Part shown: piece after piece, positions 14,114 through 28,511 of the stretch
Position numbering within the stretch: position 1 is the first letter of the stretch
How the letters are laid out: every line of letters begins with the position of its first letter
Assembly (NCBI GenBank): GCA_025603075.1
Contig: MU626268.1
Location: forward strand, 124,001 to 188,000
Origin: Neoconidiobolus thromboides FSU 785
Lineage: Eukaryota > Fungi > Entomophthoromycota
Direction of reading: 5' to 3'
Length of the DNA: 64,000 bases
The notes under the pieces: generated by a model
What the model was told of the DNA's origin: nothing
What the model saw: the letters and a program-made list of their open reading frames with translations, nothing else
The model's database searches: none
Translations under genes and position numbers: made by a program

Positions 14114-15475
14114 ATGAGTAGCTTATTAGAACGGATATTACAAAGATTGATTGATGAAAATTTGACGAAAGCTCATAATTTATTGAATTATGATTTTAAA
14201 AATAAGTTCAATAAATATAATTTAACCGATATAGAGCAGAATGAAAGTACCTTAGAGCCAAGGTAATTAAACTCATTGAAGCTAAGCTTTAAAAAATAAT
14301 GGACATTTTATAGATGGCAAAACTTGTTTTTAGAATATTTTATTGAAAATCAAGACGAAATGAGCGATGATATGTTGTTTTTTGTAAAAAAGTTGAATAT
14401 TCAAGACTTAAGCGACCCTGTTTTTGTGAAACGGAGGCCAAAGCAGGGTAGTCTACCAGGATTTGAAGAAACTATCCTTTGGAAAGAAACTTTTTTTTTA
14501 AATCTAATTGTACAAGTAAGTTCGATTTTATTTAATGTAATCTAAATTCAATTTTAATTATTATTAAGTTAAATTGTAAATTAAGAGTCTCTATTTGCAA
14601 AAGAGGTATCGATCAAAATAAATCAAATAATAATGGTAATTCTGGACCAAGGCTTTTAAAAATGTGTGTTAAAAGGGTATATGCATTACCTTCACGTTCT
14701 AGAGGCGATTTAAAAGAAAGGCAGTGGGAGTGCTCATATCCATTAATTTATTATGCAGTTGAAGATCATGAAGATATGTTTGAGAACCTAGTATTAGGAG
14801 AAGGAGAACATTTATGTGTAGAACTACTATGTTCTTTAAGTAATGACTCTGAACAGGATATTTTGATTTATAGTACAACTTCTTCTGACGAAAATAATAT
14901 TGCTTTTTTGTCTAAAAGGCCTCAAAATACAGTCTCTTTGTTTCAGGGTGCTGCTACTTTCAAATCTTTGTTAACAGTATTAAGACAAAAATTAGCTTTG
15001 AAATCTAATAAGAAAAGTAAAGTAGCCCATCAATTTAATAAATTACCTGAGTATATAATAATGCGCGGACCAGAAGGGAAAGGACATGCTCAAGTAATAA
15101 AAGTTTTAATAATTAATATTAGTGGTAATAATTTCTGTGTTTTTAGGTAGCAATGACATTTTTAAGTAGCCCACCTAATAATAGCTCGAACTGTTTAAAT
15201 AATGATAATAATAATGATGAAGTGATGGTTAAACCACCTACCTCTTTTTTACAATCACTTAAAAGACTTTCATTATCCCCATTAATAGATAAAAACTCAG
15301 AACCTCCATTAGACAGTAATAATATCCCATCATTAATTAATTGCTCTATAACCTTTGTTAATATACCTTGGACTAGTATAATACAGTAATAGAATTTATT
15401 TATCATTGATAATATTTATAACTATTTTTCTCTAGGAACTTATTAAATTACATTGATCAAAAAGGGAGTGAGTGA
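14114..15475 (+). CDS. KIAA0930/DUF2045-like conserved uncharacterised protein (multi-exon)
   Basis: DMLFFV, VYALPS, YPLIYYAVED, LCVEL, LFQGA, MRGPEGKGHAQV, IPWTSII across GT-AG introns. Confidence 0.75.
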
Positions 15476-16038
15476 TCCAATGATCTAGCTGGTAGTTTTA
15501 ACTTGTATATACATACGTCTTTTGAATTGGAAATATTGTGTAGTTGCTATACTATTTTGTATATATCAAAAAATACTTTTAAATTAATTTATATGGTTTT
15601 TAACTTTTGTTTTTTATACCACCATAAAAGAACCTTTACTATTATTCATTAGAATTATTTATGACCATTTAACAGTATCTATTTATCGTTTACCAAGTTT
15701 ATGTTTATTGTTTAGATATGTTTTGTTAACATTTATTTTTATGATTCTGTTTACTTGAGATAATTGCAGTTTATTATATTTAAAATAAACTTACTTTTAT
15801 AACCAAAATTATTGTTATTCCCTTTTAAAATTTATTAACATCTACAGCAATAATTTATTTTTAATATTTATTGTAATATTTAACGTTTTTGCATAAATTT
15901 AGCTCCCAATTAAAGAAAAATGACGCAAAAAAGTTACATCAGATAAAACGTTTTGAAAAATTACCAGTAATTGCTTAAAACTAATAATAAGTTTAACTTG
16001 TCAACTTATATTTTGTTTTATTTTGTTGAGACACAATA

Positions 16039-16718
16039 ATGAGTTTAAGTATAGATAGTATCATACCAATTATACTAATAATTGGGCCATTGATTTATTA
16101 CTTTTTCACTAAGAAGGAACAAGTAATAAAGGAACAAGTGAGCGAAGCTGTTAATATAGTAGAAGAAAAGAAAGAGACTAGCGGAAGTGGTGGAGGGTAA
16201 TTAAAATATAAATCAAATAAAGTAAGCTTAATTTTTGAAATTATTTAGTATAAGCCCAGGTTCTTTGTTTGGCAACCAAAAAGCAAAAAATGATTTACCA
16301 GAGCCAAAGAATGATATATTTACACCAGAAGAGTTAAAAAAATATGATGGTAGTGACGAATCACTTCCAGTTTATTTAGCTATTAAAGGAAAGGTGTTTG
16401 ATGTATCTGATGCTAGAGAAGCTTATGGACCTGGTGGTAACTACAATTGTTTCGCTGGAATTGATGGTTCTAGAGTAATATTATTAGATACTATTTTATT
16501 AAAATTTCTATCATATTTATTTAGGGCTTAGCTACTTCTTCACTTAAGAAAGCGGATATGTCACATGACTATTCTGATTTAGGACCAGATAAAGTAAGTT
16601 TTGTAGTTAAAAAAGTATTTTAGCTACTTATATATTATAATAGTTGAAAGTATTAGATCATTGGTATAACTTTTATCTTGGTAAATACCCTATCGTTGGA
16701 GTAGTTAAAAGAGATTAA
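16039..16718 (+). CDS. membrane-anchored cytochrome b5-like heme/steroid-binding protein (Dap1/PGRMC-like), 4 exons
   Basis: N-terminal TM helix; FTPEELKKYDGSD...VYLAIKGKVFDVS...YGPGGNY..FAG.D.SRGLA...W..FY..KYPIVG. Confidence 0.9.
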
Positions 16719-17015
16719 ACTGTTTTGTAACAAAATTTTATCTTATTTTTTATTACAAAAGTATATAATTGAATCAAATACTCTTAAATATATAAAACAG
16801 ATTAAACATCAAATGATTTAATAAATAAAATGCGTTTAACTGTAATATTCTATTTAGTAAAAAAGCATAGCCTTAACCAATATATAACACCAACCTCGTT
16901 CTCAAACTAAATCTGTATTAATTCATTAAATAAACCGACAAGTCTATTTTGAAAACCTCTACTTAATAATCAAAAGATCAACCTAAATTATAATTTTTTA
17001 TTTTACTAAAGTAAC

Positions 17016-17663
17016 TTATTTGGAGACGGCAGCGTTAAGAGCTTCAAAAACTTCAACTTGGATAGAAGCAGTAGCTTTTTCTTCTTCAGTACCATTACCT
17101 GAAGCAATACGTTGAGCTTCAGCTAAGTTATTGTTAATAGTCTAAAAAATGTTTTAGCTTATTTCTTAAAAAGTATCTTTTTGAATTACTTCTTTGTCAA
17201 AAGAGTCGAGTGGGAAAGCTTCGACAGCATTGATGTTGAGTGAAGAATCTGGGTTAATTACGGCAAATCCACCAGAAACTAATATTAACCAATTTAAATT
17301 TCAAAAAAATGCTATGAAACAATTAAAACTTACCAAACCATTTATCAGTTTTAGTAGCATCAGTAATAACTTCAATGACTCCTGGCTTAAGTTGTTCAAT
17401 AGAAGGTACGTGTTGAGCTAAAATACCCATATCTCCGGAGGTGGAGGAAAGGTTAACTTGTTGAACTTCAGCTCCTTTAACGATAGACTCATGTGGAGCT
17501 ACAAAGTTGAGTACAAGCTTGCCACTAGCGCTAGCTTCACTTGCGTAAGAACGAACTAAATCAAGTTTAACTTCTATTATTGCTTAAATATTGACTTTTT
17601 TTTACCGAAACGTGAAGTTCTTAAATAATTGGTAGTACGGAAAGCGTTACGTAAAATTGACAT
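17016..17663 (-). CDS. ATP16: mitochondrial ATP synthase F1 delta subunit (4 exons)
   Basis: Absent from the ORF track. Spliced: LVLNFVAPHESI...VQQVNLSSTSGDMGILAQHVPSIEQLKPGVIEV...KWFVSGGFA.INPDSSLNINAVEAFPL...IQVEVFEAL. Confidence 0.95.
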
Positions 17664-18029
17664 TTGATTTCTAGCCTCTTTGAACAAGATTTGATTTTAT
17701 ATAAATAGTGATATCGCTAAATCTGATATGATTTTGTTACAAATTATTGGTTGAGATGAGCGTTTTGGTTCGCTAACCAATCATTTTCAAGCTTAAATTG
17801 ACTATTTTTCTTTTGGGATTAATTATGGGAGACGGTGTAAGCAGTAGTAATTTAAAAATAAATTAGTATAGATAATATGCTAATTTAATGACAATGGCCC
17901 CATTGAAATGTTTTTCTTTGTTCTTAGGTACTTTTGTTTTTTAATATAAGCATCAAAAGCTTTTCAAAGAATTGACTACTTCGATATGCTTACTCTATAA
18001 GAATTTTTTGCTAAATTTTCAAAAAGTCG

Positions 18030-18135
18030 AAATGGGGATATATTTTTATATTTAAGAATTTTACTAACAATTTTTCCACTCAAATAGTGCTTAAAAGACA
18101 GAAAAAGTGATGAAGCCAAAAAAACTTCCCCAAAT
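18030..18135 (-). mobile_element. MITE family A copy
   Basis: AAAT-GGGGATAT...CTTCCCC-AAAT; the direct AAAT flank supports a 4-bp TSD. Confidence 0.9.
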
Positions 18136-18366
18136 CTTAAAAATAGATTGTTTAGAGCATTTAGTTATCCTAAAAAAAACACTTGAACATGATCACAGAC
18201 CCTTTATTAGAAGTGCTATAAGTATTATTCTGTAACTTTGAACAAAGCTTGTGTTTTTAATTGATATTATTATACTCTTTTTAGATACAGGAAAATATCA
18301 CTAAATATATCTAGTTTGCTAACTGTCTTTAGATTGGCACTAAATGTGAATGTTTTTTATTTTAGT

Positions 18367-18472
18367 GTTTGGGGTTGTTTTTTTTGACTTCATTAGTTTT
18401 CCATTTTTTAAGCACTATTTAAATGGAAAGGTTATTAGCAAAATTCTTAAACATAAAAATACATCCCCATTT
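18367..18472 (+). mobile_element. MITE family A copy
   Basis: gttt-GGGGTTGT...ACATCCCC-attt; core matches the consensus. Confidence 0.9.
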
Positions 18473-19000
18473 TATAATTTTTAAATTTTGCGCTACTTAA
18501 AAATGGACAATTAAATAAAAGAATATGCATATATATATTAAAATTAAACTAAATCAAGTTGAAATTTTTTATATTGAGTTTTTAATTTTCTTATATGAAA
18601 AGCAATTACACTTTGAACAACAAAATAATTTCCTTATTTTTTGCTTCTACATAAAATACTTAATAGCATAGAATTCTTTAAGCATTGTTTAATTTAATGG
18701 TGCTAAAAAAAATTGATCAAATATAACTCTATTTTATGATATTACTTGTTAAATCGAAAAATGCAAGATAGCTCTGAGCGAAGATTATTTATATTTTTAT
18801 GTTTTATATTTTTATCCCTATAATAATTCTGAAAAAATCGTTTTTACTATTACATCTGATATATAATTTTATAACTAAAAGTTGGAAATTTTTCCTTTGC
18901 AACATGTTTATTTTATCCAAACATTGTGAAAAAATACAGTCAAGACAAAATTTCCAAAACAACTAAGACAATATAAAATTCTCATGACAAAGTGTTTTAT

Positions 19001-19720
19001 TCATATCGTTTGATTAAGTTCAGGTTTAGCATCGTTAAATGAAGAGATCGTATCTTTAATAATAAATTCTTCATTGTTACAAGTTAGTTTGTTAATAGCT
19101 AAAGGTACATTTTTCACAATGAAATACTGTTTGAATTTCTTATACACAAAGTAAAAATAATTAATAAAATAATCCCTATAAATTCATCAATTGAGCCACT
19201 AGTAATAGCAGATAGTTGAGTCTTTGGCTTTGAATTTTCAACTCTTTTGCTGAAAGTAACCGATTTGCTAAAGTAAAAGTCTTCAAACTGATTATTTGTA
19301 TTATTGTATTTCTTCAAATACATTTCAAAACTGTACATAAGATAACCATTCTAGTTCTAAATAGCCAAAAGTAGAATTAATGAATCCTACAACATAACAT
19401 TTTTCCTAAATAAAATAATCTAAATTTAGAATATAAAGTGAACTATCTAAATAATGTTTTGGGTTATCATCACTGGTGCTATATAATATATAGGAAAAAT
19501 TGTATACTTTTTAAACCAAAACTAGTACGTAGATTTGGAAATTCTCCAGTTGTAGTTTAGTTATACCATTTTTCATCTTTAATATTAAATTTAACAAGCG
19601 TACCACAAATTACATTTCTACCTCCGAATACCATTAACCTTATGTTATTTGTAAGTGACTTGTGATCACCGATCAAATAGTTTTTATTTCCTCCAATAGT
19701 TTTCCATTTGTTATCTTTGC
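19001..19720 (-). pseudogene. decayed kelch-repeat protein gene with C-terminal TM segment
   Basis: GDHKSL...LMVFGG...LVKFNIKDEKWYN*TTTGEFPNLRTSFG...YLDSSLYILNLDYFI*EK...NGYLMYSF...IGIILLIIFTLC; stops and frameshifts; the 5' side runs into a MITE. Confidence 0.6.
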
Positions 19721-19823
19721 TATGGGGATGTATTTTTTTGCTTAAGAATTTTACTAACAATTTTTCCACTCAAATAGTGCTTGAAACATGAAAAGTAATG
19801 AAACTAAAAAAATACCCCCAATA
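19720..19823 (-). mobile_element. MITE family A copy (interrupts the kelch relic)
   Basis: ctatGGGGATGTATTTTTTTGCTTAAGAATTTTACTAACAATTTTTCCACTCAAATAGTGC...ATACCCCC. Confidence 0.9.
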
Positions 19824-20038
19824 TTAAGAAATATCTTATTAACTATTAATTTTATTTAAAATTTAAAATTTGTTTTAAAGTTTCATTTCTTATCATTTTC
19901 CGTTATTTTATTTATATCTTTCTGTTATATTTGTATTTTTACTAATAGGTTAAATAATTACAATAATTTATATCAGCTATCAAATCATATTTTATAAAAT
20001 AAATACTATAGTTAAGAAGAATTTAGTAATAAATTATT

Positions 20039-20147
20039 ATAAGGGGGTGCTTTTTTTTTTTTGCTTCATTACTTTTCATGTTTTAAGCACTATTTGAGTA
20101 GAAAAATTGTTAGTAAAATTCTTGAACACAAAAATAGATCCCCATAT
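20039..20147 (+). mobile_element. MITE family A copy
   Basis: ataaGGGGGTGC...AGATCCCCatat with the consensus core. Confidence 0.9.
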
Positions 20148-20616
20148 GTTGCTGATTTAATTTACAATAGAACAATTAAAGCTTAAACAAACTTTGGTCT
20201 TATTAATTACTTTATAAGATTTAATTTAATCATATAATATCTATAATACAAAAATTGATAAAATATCATAATATTGACATTCTTAGTTAAAGCTATATTC
20301 TATTATCAACTATATTATTGATTCTTTAACTTTATTTTAAGTTATTATATAGCACAAGTTAACTTTTATTTAATAATGACTTGCAAAATTGATAGTTTAT
20401 AAATATTTAGCAAAATAGTTTATCATTATGATTTTATTTAAATAGTATATAAGTTATCTTTTTAACCTTAACTGAATATAACATTACTTGTTTTTATCTA
20501 TAAAATTTAAAGATATTAGGAGATAGAATAAAATTATTTAAAAAAATTATTAATCAATTACTAATAATCTTATTTGAGTAATGCAAGTATTTAATTATAA
20601 ATTATATACTATTTAT

Positions 20617-23600
20617 TCACTCATCCAAATCTCCCACTTCGAGCTTTTCTTCTGGTAGCTTAATAAAAAACTCCAATTTTAAATCATCTAACATTTGATA
20701 ACCCAAATTAGAAAGCTTTAAATAACTAAAAAAATCCAATATAAAAAACAGTAATATTAATTAAAAAAACGAAATTACGATATAGGCGAATAACTCGTAA
20801 AATGAAATTCTTCCATTAAAATATTATTAGTTAATAATTTTATAATAATTGATTCACAAATCTAAATTATGAATAAGAATATATATAATTTTAGTAACAA
20901 AATATATTATATTATATTATACTACCTCTTTGCTCACTTCTTTTCCTAATGGCAACACCAATTTCCCACTTTCTTTAGCTAATATAATTGGCTTAGGTAC
21001 CCCTCTATTACTTTTAACTTTTAATATATTTACTAACATGTTAAAAGTCACCCTATATTCTTTTATACCATCAATTAATTTCAATACATTTAATATTATC
21101 TTTGCTAATGTGGTACACTCCAATTTTCTAAACCTTGTATTACAATTATCACATTTATTACAATTTGGTATAGACTCATTATTGAAATATTCATTAAAAT
21201 AACTATTTCTACATTTATCAGTAATACCATATTCTATCATTCTATATAATTGATTTAATCCTGATACTTCAGTCACTACCATACCACTTATTTTAAACAA
21301 ATCGCTATTTTTATATAATAAAATACAATTGGATTCATTACCATCTCTACCTGCTCTTCCAGATTCTTGATAATAACCTATTAAATAATCGAATAAATAC
21401 ACTATTATGATATTATTGTAGTTATTGAATAACAAATTACCATCAATAGATTTAGAAATTGTATGATGAATAACAAATCTTACATTTGGATGATTAATCC
21501 CTAAACCAAACGCAATGGTTGCCACTACTATTTTTATCGTTCCATTTCGCCATAATTCATGAATTTTCAATTTTTCTTCCTAACAATATTATCAATATCA
21601 ATCAAATAAGATAAATTATTATTATATCATTATATTATTATTAACTTACATCATTAACCCCAGCATGATAATAAGCCACTGAAATTTGATTGTTTGATTC
21701 TTGAATTATATTTTTGGTTACTTCTTCTGTTTCATTTTTTGAAAAACAATAAATTATACCACATTGATTTTTTTGTTTAGTTAATATATAATTTACTATC
21801 CATTGTATTACATGTAAAGATTTACTTTCTTTTTTTATTACTTGATATTTAAGATTTTCTCCTATTTTAATTTATGTTATTAATATTATTAATAATGTTA
21901 TTAGTATTTACTTATCAATGGTGCTTTAGTTATTATACATCCTTTATTATATCCATCACTACGTTTTAAGTTTAATATTTCTAATACTTGGTTTAAAACA
22001 ATAGTAGAACAAGTAGCCTATAAATAACAACAATAATAATAAATTTATTTTTTGATACTAATTCAAAACTAATTATTTACTGTTAATGCCATAATAGGAA
22101 TCTTTGGAAACAAAGTCTATAAAAGAATAAATTTAATATATAAAATATTAAAAGTATCTTTTTAATTTTATACCTTCAATATATGTAATTTCTAAATTTA
22201 GGATTTAAAATATTAATAAAAATGTTAATAAAGTATGTTATATAGTTTTTGTATTAAAATTACTCGATAATCTGGCCTAAAAAATCCATAATTAATACCA
22301 ATTAAACAATCAATCAGCATTTAAAATTACCTAAAATCATGTCCTAATTGAGAACAACAATGTGATTCATCAATAACAAATCTACTAATATTATTGATTT
22401 CATATCCTTTTTCTAATGCTCTTTTAAACATATTTCCTTTTACTACCTGTTCTGGTGTTACATAAATAAAGCTTGGAATTTTATTTAATCCTAAAATTTC
22501 CAGTTGTTTCAATGTTATTTTCTTAGTGATACAATCCATCACTGCTTTTTTATACAATTTTTTGGTTGGCGTATTCATTTGTCCATATAATCCAACACCA
22601 GGTATTCCTTTCAATTTTAAATCATATAATTGATCTTTAATTAAAGATATTAAGGGGGAGATTACTATTGTAATACGAGAATATTCATCTAATATACCAG
22701 GTAATTGATAACATAAACTTTTACCGCCACCTAAATAAGATATATTAATTTATTGAATTATATTTAATGTACTTAATTCTATTAATAATAATATTCTTTA
22801 CCAGTGGGCATAATAACAAATAAATCTCTATTATCTAATGCTGCATTAATAATCAATTTTTGGTTCAATCGAAATTGATTTGTATTCCAATTTTCATTTA
22901 ATTTTAACATAGTTTCATCTTCCCAACAAAATTTGGTTATTGAATAATATTTGATTTCTTCTAAATACTTGTTAGGCTGTTTTAGTAAATTTAAATCATT
23001 TAGTATCTTCTTTTTCTCTTTAATGAGGTTAGTTTTCTCAAAAGTCAATAATTCAATTTGTTTTTTTATATTAACTAATTCAATATCAATAGAATCAATA
23101 CGTTGGTTTAACAATTGATGTTTTTGTATTGTTTCTTGCTTCAATTCATTACTTGTTTTCATTTCATTATTGTTATCGTTATTTGATTTAATATTCGATG
23201 ATGTATAACTAGTAATTAATTGATCTTTAATTTATTAAAAATAAATTCGATTTACTAAATAATAATATTATTAAAAATACCTAGATCTTCTTTGGTTTCT
23301 ATTTCTTCTTTATTATTTCTCTTTCTTCTATTTTTCTGATTATTTTTAACCAAATCCACTCTTTCTATTTCTTCAATTTTTTTAATTTCCTCCACCTCTC
23401 CCCCAAAACCACCTTTTATCTCTTCAATTTCTTCAATTTCTCCAAAATCGAATTCTATTTCCTCTATTTCCTCTATTTCCTCTATTTCCTCCATCTCACC
23501 AACACTATCTTCAATTTCTTCAATTTCTTCAATTTCTTCATCACTAATAACAATCTTCATCTTGACTTTTTTAACCTCTTTATCTCCATTCATCTCCTCT

Positions 23601-23800
23601 TTCTCCTCTTCATCACTTTCGATTACTTTTTTATGTTTCTTACTTTTCCTGTTTTTTCTATAATTAATAATTTCTTCTTCACTTTCTATCTTCTTTTTAT
23701 CCTTCTTAAAATCAATAAAATCTTCATCGTCACTGTACACTACCACTTTATTTTCGTTAATTTCAGGTGAAGAGACTTCAATTAATTCCACTTGATCCAT
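20617..23800 (-). CDS. RECQL: RecQ family DNA helicase, RECQ1-like, intron-rich, with acidic N-terminal extension
   Basis: [73 protein letters not shown], Zn site C..CDNC, winged-helix [14 protein letters not shown]. Confidence 0.9.
23418..23540 (-). repeat. 9-bp coding tandem repeat (IEE units) in RECQ1 exon 1
   Basis: ttcttcaat/ttcctctat units encode EEIEEIEEI. Confidence 0.85.
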
Positions 23801-23958
23801 GTATTAATTTAAAAAACAAATGAATTAAATAATCAAATCAAAAACATCAAAAATATCAAAAATTTAAAAATATAGTTTATATAATTAATTCAATTTTTTA
23901 GATTCAATTTTTTAGATTCAATTTATTTTAAATATTAAGAACCTTGATATTATGATAA

Positions 23959-26610
23959 TTATAATTCTTCTTCTTCAATAGCTTCTAACTCTTTTAATCG
24001 TGCTTCCAACTTAGGCACTTCGATAAGTTTATGCTCCAACTAAAATTTTAAAAAAAAGTTATTAATAATGCACATTTAATCTTAATATATCGACTAAAAA
24101 CTACTTACATTTTGTTTTTCTTCTTGGAGTGCAAGTCTTTTCTCTGCATCTAATTCCGTAAAAACATAACCCCCTTGTCCGTCATATTGTAATATGTAAT
24201 TATGATATTTCCATAAACTAGGGCGATGAGATACAGTCAAGAAACTGATACCTAATTCTAAAATTACATGTTATTCCATTAATATCACATGTTAAAAAAT
24301 GGGAGGAATTAGAATTAACTTACCAGATGCATGATTATACATAATTTCTTCTAATTCCATTGAAACTGCTGATGTACATTCATCTAAGATAGCAAATTTA
24401 GGTTGATGATAATATAATCGAGCCATGGCGATCTAATTGAATTATTAATGATTATTTTATTATAAAACACTTTAACCTACCCTTTGTTTATCGCCACCAG
24501 AAAGTGCATCTTTCCATTCTCTTTCAGTATCCCAACCACCTTCTCTTTTAACAATATCTTGAAGTTGTACCACTTTTAAAATATCTAATAAATCTTCATC
24601 TGATACTTTTTTTTCCATCATTTCTTTTTTAGTATCTGGATAAATAATTTGATCTCTTAATGTACCCAATGAAAGATATGGTCTTTGTGGTATATAAAAC
24701 ATATCTTTTTTTTTAGGTCGAATTACTTTGCCCCCTTTAACTGGCCATAACCCACCAATAATTCGAAATAGACTTGATTTACCACATCCATTAGGTCCAA
24801 CTATTAATAAATGCATACCTGGTTTCACTTGGAATGATAATGATTTTAATAACACTTCATCGCCTGGTGATATTATAGGTACATTTTCAAATTTAATATA
24901 ATCCCCTTCTTCCCATTCACCTTGACCATTTAAGTCAATTGATAAATCATCTTTATATTCATTTTGACTCACTTTTTTCTTTTCATATTTTCCCAGTTTA
25001 ACTTCTTCAAATACATCTAACAAATCAATTACCTAATATAAAATATTATATTAATAAACATATTCAAACAATATTGTTATTATTTAGATTACTCTAGCAG
25101 TATATCCTGCCAACTCTGAAATTTCTTTATATGAATACAAAACTCGGCCAAAAGCATCTGAAGATTGGACTAATAACCTTCTATTAACCACAAAATCTTT
25201 GGTACGTTCACCAACTTCAGCCATAGCATTAGCACCACTTTTACCAGTACCTAAAAATACTGGAGCGGAGCATAATACTAATCCTAAAGCTCCCCAAAGA
25301 TATTTAATTATGAAATCTTCTAACATGCCATGGAAAATTCCAATTCTAAACGTTTGATTGACATGACGTATTAAGCTATAATATGCTTTTTCAACTAATG
25401 TTTTTTCATTCTTTTGTCCATGATATAAGGCTATTTCTTCCACATTTTCTATAATTCTGGAATGACGTGATCGGAATTCTCCCTAAAAGAAATAAAGTTA
25501 GATCAAACAAAAACTCATACAACTAAATAATATCAATACCTCAAATATCTGTTCTTCAGCAGCCAATTTACCAAAGGGTGGGGTTAGTTTTCTTAATAAA
25601 CCAGAAGAAAGGTTGACCATTAAATTAACAATAAATAACCCCTCACCACCTACATTTCTAGATAGTTGAATATTATAAATTAATGTATCTAATATTGGTT
25701 TAGCTAAATTAGAATAGATACTCGATAATGAATTGCAAAATTTATCAATATCCACAGTAATTAATTGATCTGCATTTTTAATTCGATCATCTAAATTACT
25801 CATTGTATAAAATGTTTTATCACTTAAATATTGCTCATGCACATGATGAGTTAATCTAGTACGAAATTGTATAGCTAATTTACTTTGTAAATAAGTAAGC
25901 TAAAAATGTATGTCATTTATTTTAAATTTTTATATTAATATTAATTTCTACTTACCATACTATTGGTATAAGTAGCTGGTAAAGCAACACTCATCCAATA
26001 AAATATACCTTTAATAAAATCTTGACCTTGGCCACGAACCTATAATTTTAATAACTACATTAAAAACACTATCAAAGTCCAAAATAATATCATTAATTAC
26101 CAAAGCACCAACAATTCGACCATCTAAAGCAGCCACATAAACAGATAATATAGTTCTAAATACTAAAAATAGAATTAACATTAACTAGAATTAATTTTTT
26201 GTAAATAAAATTTTAACTTACCTAAAAAGAAAGAATGTAACATCAATAAACCAAACTCTTGAGATCTTATACCAGGTATAACAATTTTTAACAACCTTCT
26301 TAATCTCATTAAAAACAATTGATTAACCTAAATAAAAATTCATTGATCATCAATCACATCTACAACTCTCATAAAATAATTCGCTTACCTCATATTTCTT
26401 TTTACCCAGCTTACCACTTTCAATTTCATGTTTTAGTCCTTTGATTTTTTTACTTGAAAATAAGTCTTTAATACGAAAGGTAATACCACTTAATATACAA
26501 AATAAAACAAAACGTTTTAAATTCACTCGATGTTGAATATATTCTTGTATAAATCCACGCATCAATTCAGTAGCTACACTGAACTGGGGTTTCGATTGTG
26601 TATTAGCCAT
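23959..26610 (-). CDS. peroxisomal ABC half-transporter, ABCD family (Pxa2/PMP70-like)
   Basis: [20 protein letters not shown] (EAA region), Walker [33 protein letters not shown], signature [19 protein letters not shown]; probable start MANTQ at 26610. Confidence 0.93.
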
Positions 26611-28511
26611 AGTTATTTTGCTTTCACTTTTATTGAGAATTTCAAATAGGAAGCAAAAACAATGTATCAAAAAAATCTTATTTTTTCTTAAACCTGAATC
26701 TCCAATCTTCAACGTGAAAATTGAATATATTCTATTCTTTCATTGATTTTTAGTGACTGCCCTTTTTCTCATTTTCAGATGCTTGACTCTTTTTGATGCT
26801 CACTCTTCTAATTGCCATTTGAAGCTTTAATTTTCAACTGATTTGATGAAATTAAGTTTGAAAAGCCAATTAAAAGGTGTTAAATATTCAATATAGAATT
26901 TCGACTTCATAATGTTTTTATTAGAATAGTGCAATAAAACTATTAACAGTTTATTGAACTAGATGTATTTTTCAAAATACAATAATATAGTGTATAAAAG
27001 GTCACAAAGTACGTCTTTTTATTATAGAAACTACTCAGTGTCCTATTTTGAGTGCATGTTTTTCTCATTCAACAATCTTTTCATTTCTTATCTAACTTAA
27101 AATTTAAAATTAAACCTAGTTGAAATACTAAGACAAAAAGATAAAGGATTTCTTATTTGTCTATTTTTGATGGCTTAAAATCTGAAAAATTTCCCAGTTG
27201 AATCTTTAATTAAAAAAACATATTTTTTTAAAATAATGTATAAAAAACATTTGATAAAAGTTTATTGTCAACAATAATAAAAATTTATAATCTTATACAA
27301 TAATACTATAGCCATAAAGATCAAATTTAAATATATTAATATTAAAACCTTAAACCAAAAAATTAATGAACCTTCCATTCCCATTCTATTACAATTTATC
27401 CATTTTTTAAGTAAATATAAATCTAGAAATTCACATCCATAAAACTCTACTATTTTTGATATTTATTAGTTTAGCCTTATAGCCCCAATTCATAATACTT
27501 TCGGCTGTTTTATAGCTTTAATACTCACTTACATGGATTCTATTATACTCGAATTTTAACAGCTATTTCAGCCCTTTTTTAAAGCAGCTAACTATTTATT
27601 TAGAAATAAAATTTAAACTAAAATTAAGGTGAGATATAAGGATTAGGCTTAGAAAAATTAACTTACAAATTATTTACTTATAAAAACTACTGCTAATTAT
27701 TTCTCAATAAAGCTGCAACAACTGAAACTACTTTCCCAAATGCTATTAAAATAGAAAACACTTTTTTATTCACCTCATCATACTTTAGGTTATTTCGCAA
27801 CTTCAATATCCGCTTTCTTCAATTATACAACGCTTTAATATCCGTCCGCTTGGATTTATAACGCTTAAATTTTAATCTAATATTTTTAAAGTTAATTAAA
27901 ACGGAAATCACTTTTTTTAATATCGAGTAATTTGTCCACTTTTCACAAAACTTAGTTTCAAAGTACTTTTAAATTGTAAATAAAATAATATGCTCAAATG
28001 AAAGATTGTATTATTATCCGAAAGAGACTTTATTGATATGACTTACCAATTTCAATATTAAGCTTTATAGCATACCTTTGACTCTCAACATAATGCTAAT
28101 TTTATTATTGCGGTTAAAAATATATTTATATTTTGTTTTATTATCTTAAGGATTGAATACTTTTTCAAAGGGTATAGTTTTTTGTTTGTTCACATTCAAG
28201 TTCAATTAATAAAAATACAACCCCAAATAAAAACATTATTAAATATTATTAAAGTCAACTATATATTTACTCTATAACTCAACTCATAAATGTAATGCTA
28301 AAATCCAAATAAATTTAAAATTAATTTTATTAAAATTTCTAATACTTCATTATTATCTAAGTTGAAATAAGGGTTAAAAAGAAAAAAACATGATAATAAA
28401 CAAGATTTGGGAATTCCGATCCTTCAATTTCATAATTAACTTTATTCTTTAAACAAATCGAGTATAAAAGCTCGATTAAGGGATTACAAAAGTAAAACAA
28501 AATCAACTAAA

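Noticed and set aside
26611-26712. TTG-started extension of the first ABCD exon in the ORF track
   Set aside because: In a eukaryote the in-frame ATG at 26610 is the more plausible start
27400-28100. Minus-strand fragments faintly like cytochrome P450 I/K helices (VFSILIAF, ESM)
   Set aside because: No heme-binding FxxGxRxC motif; too degraded to support
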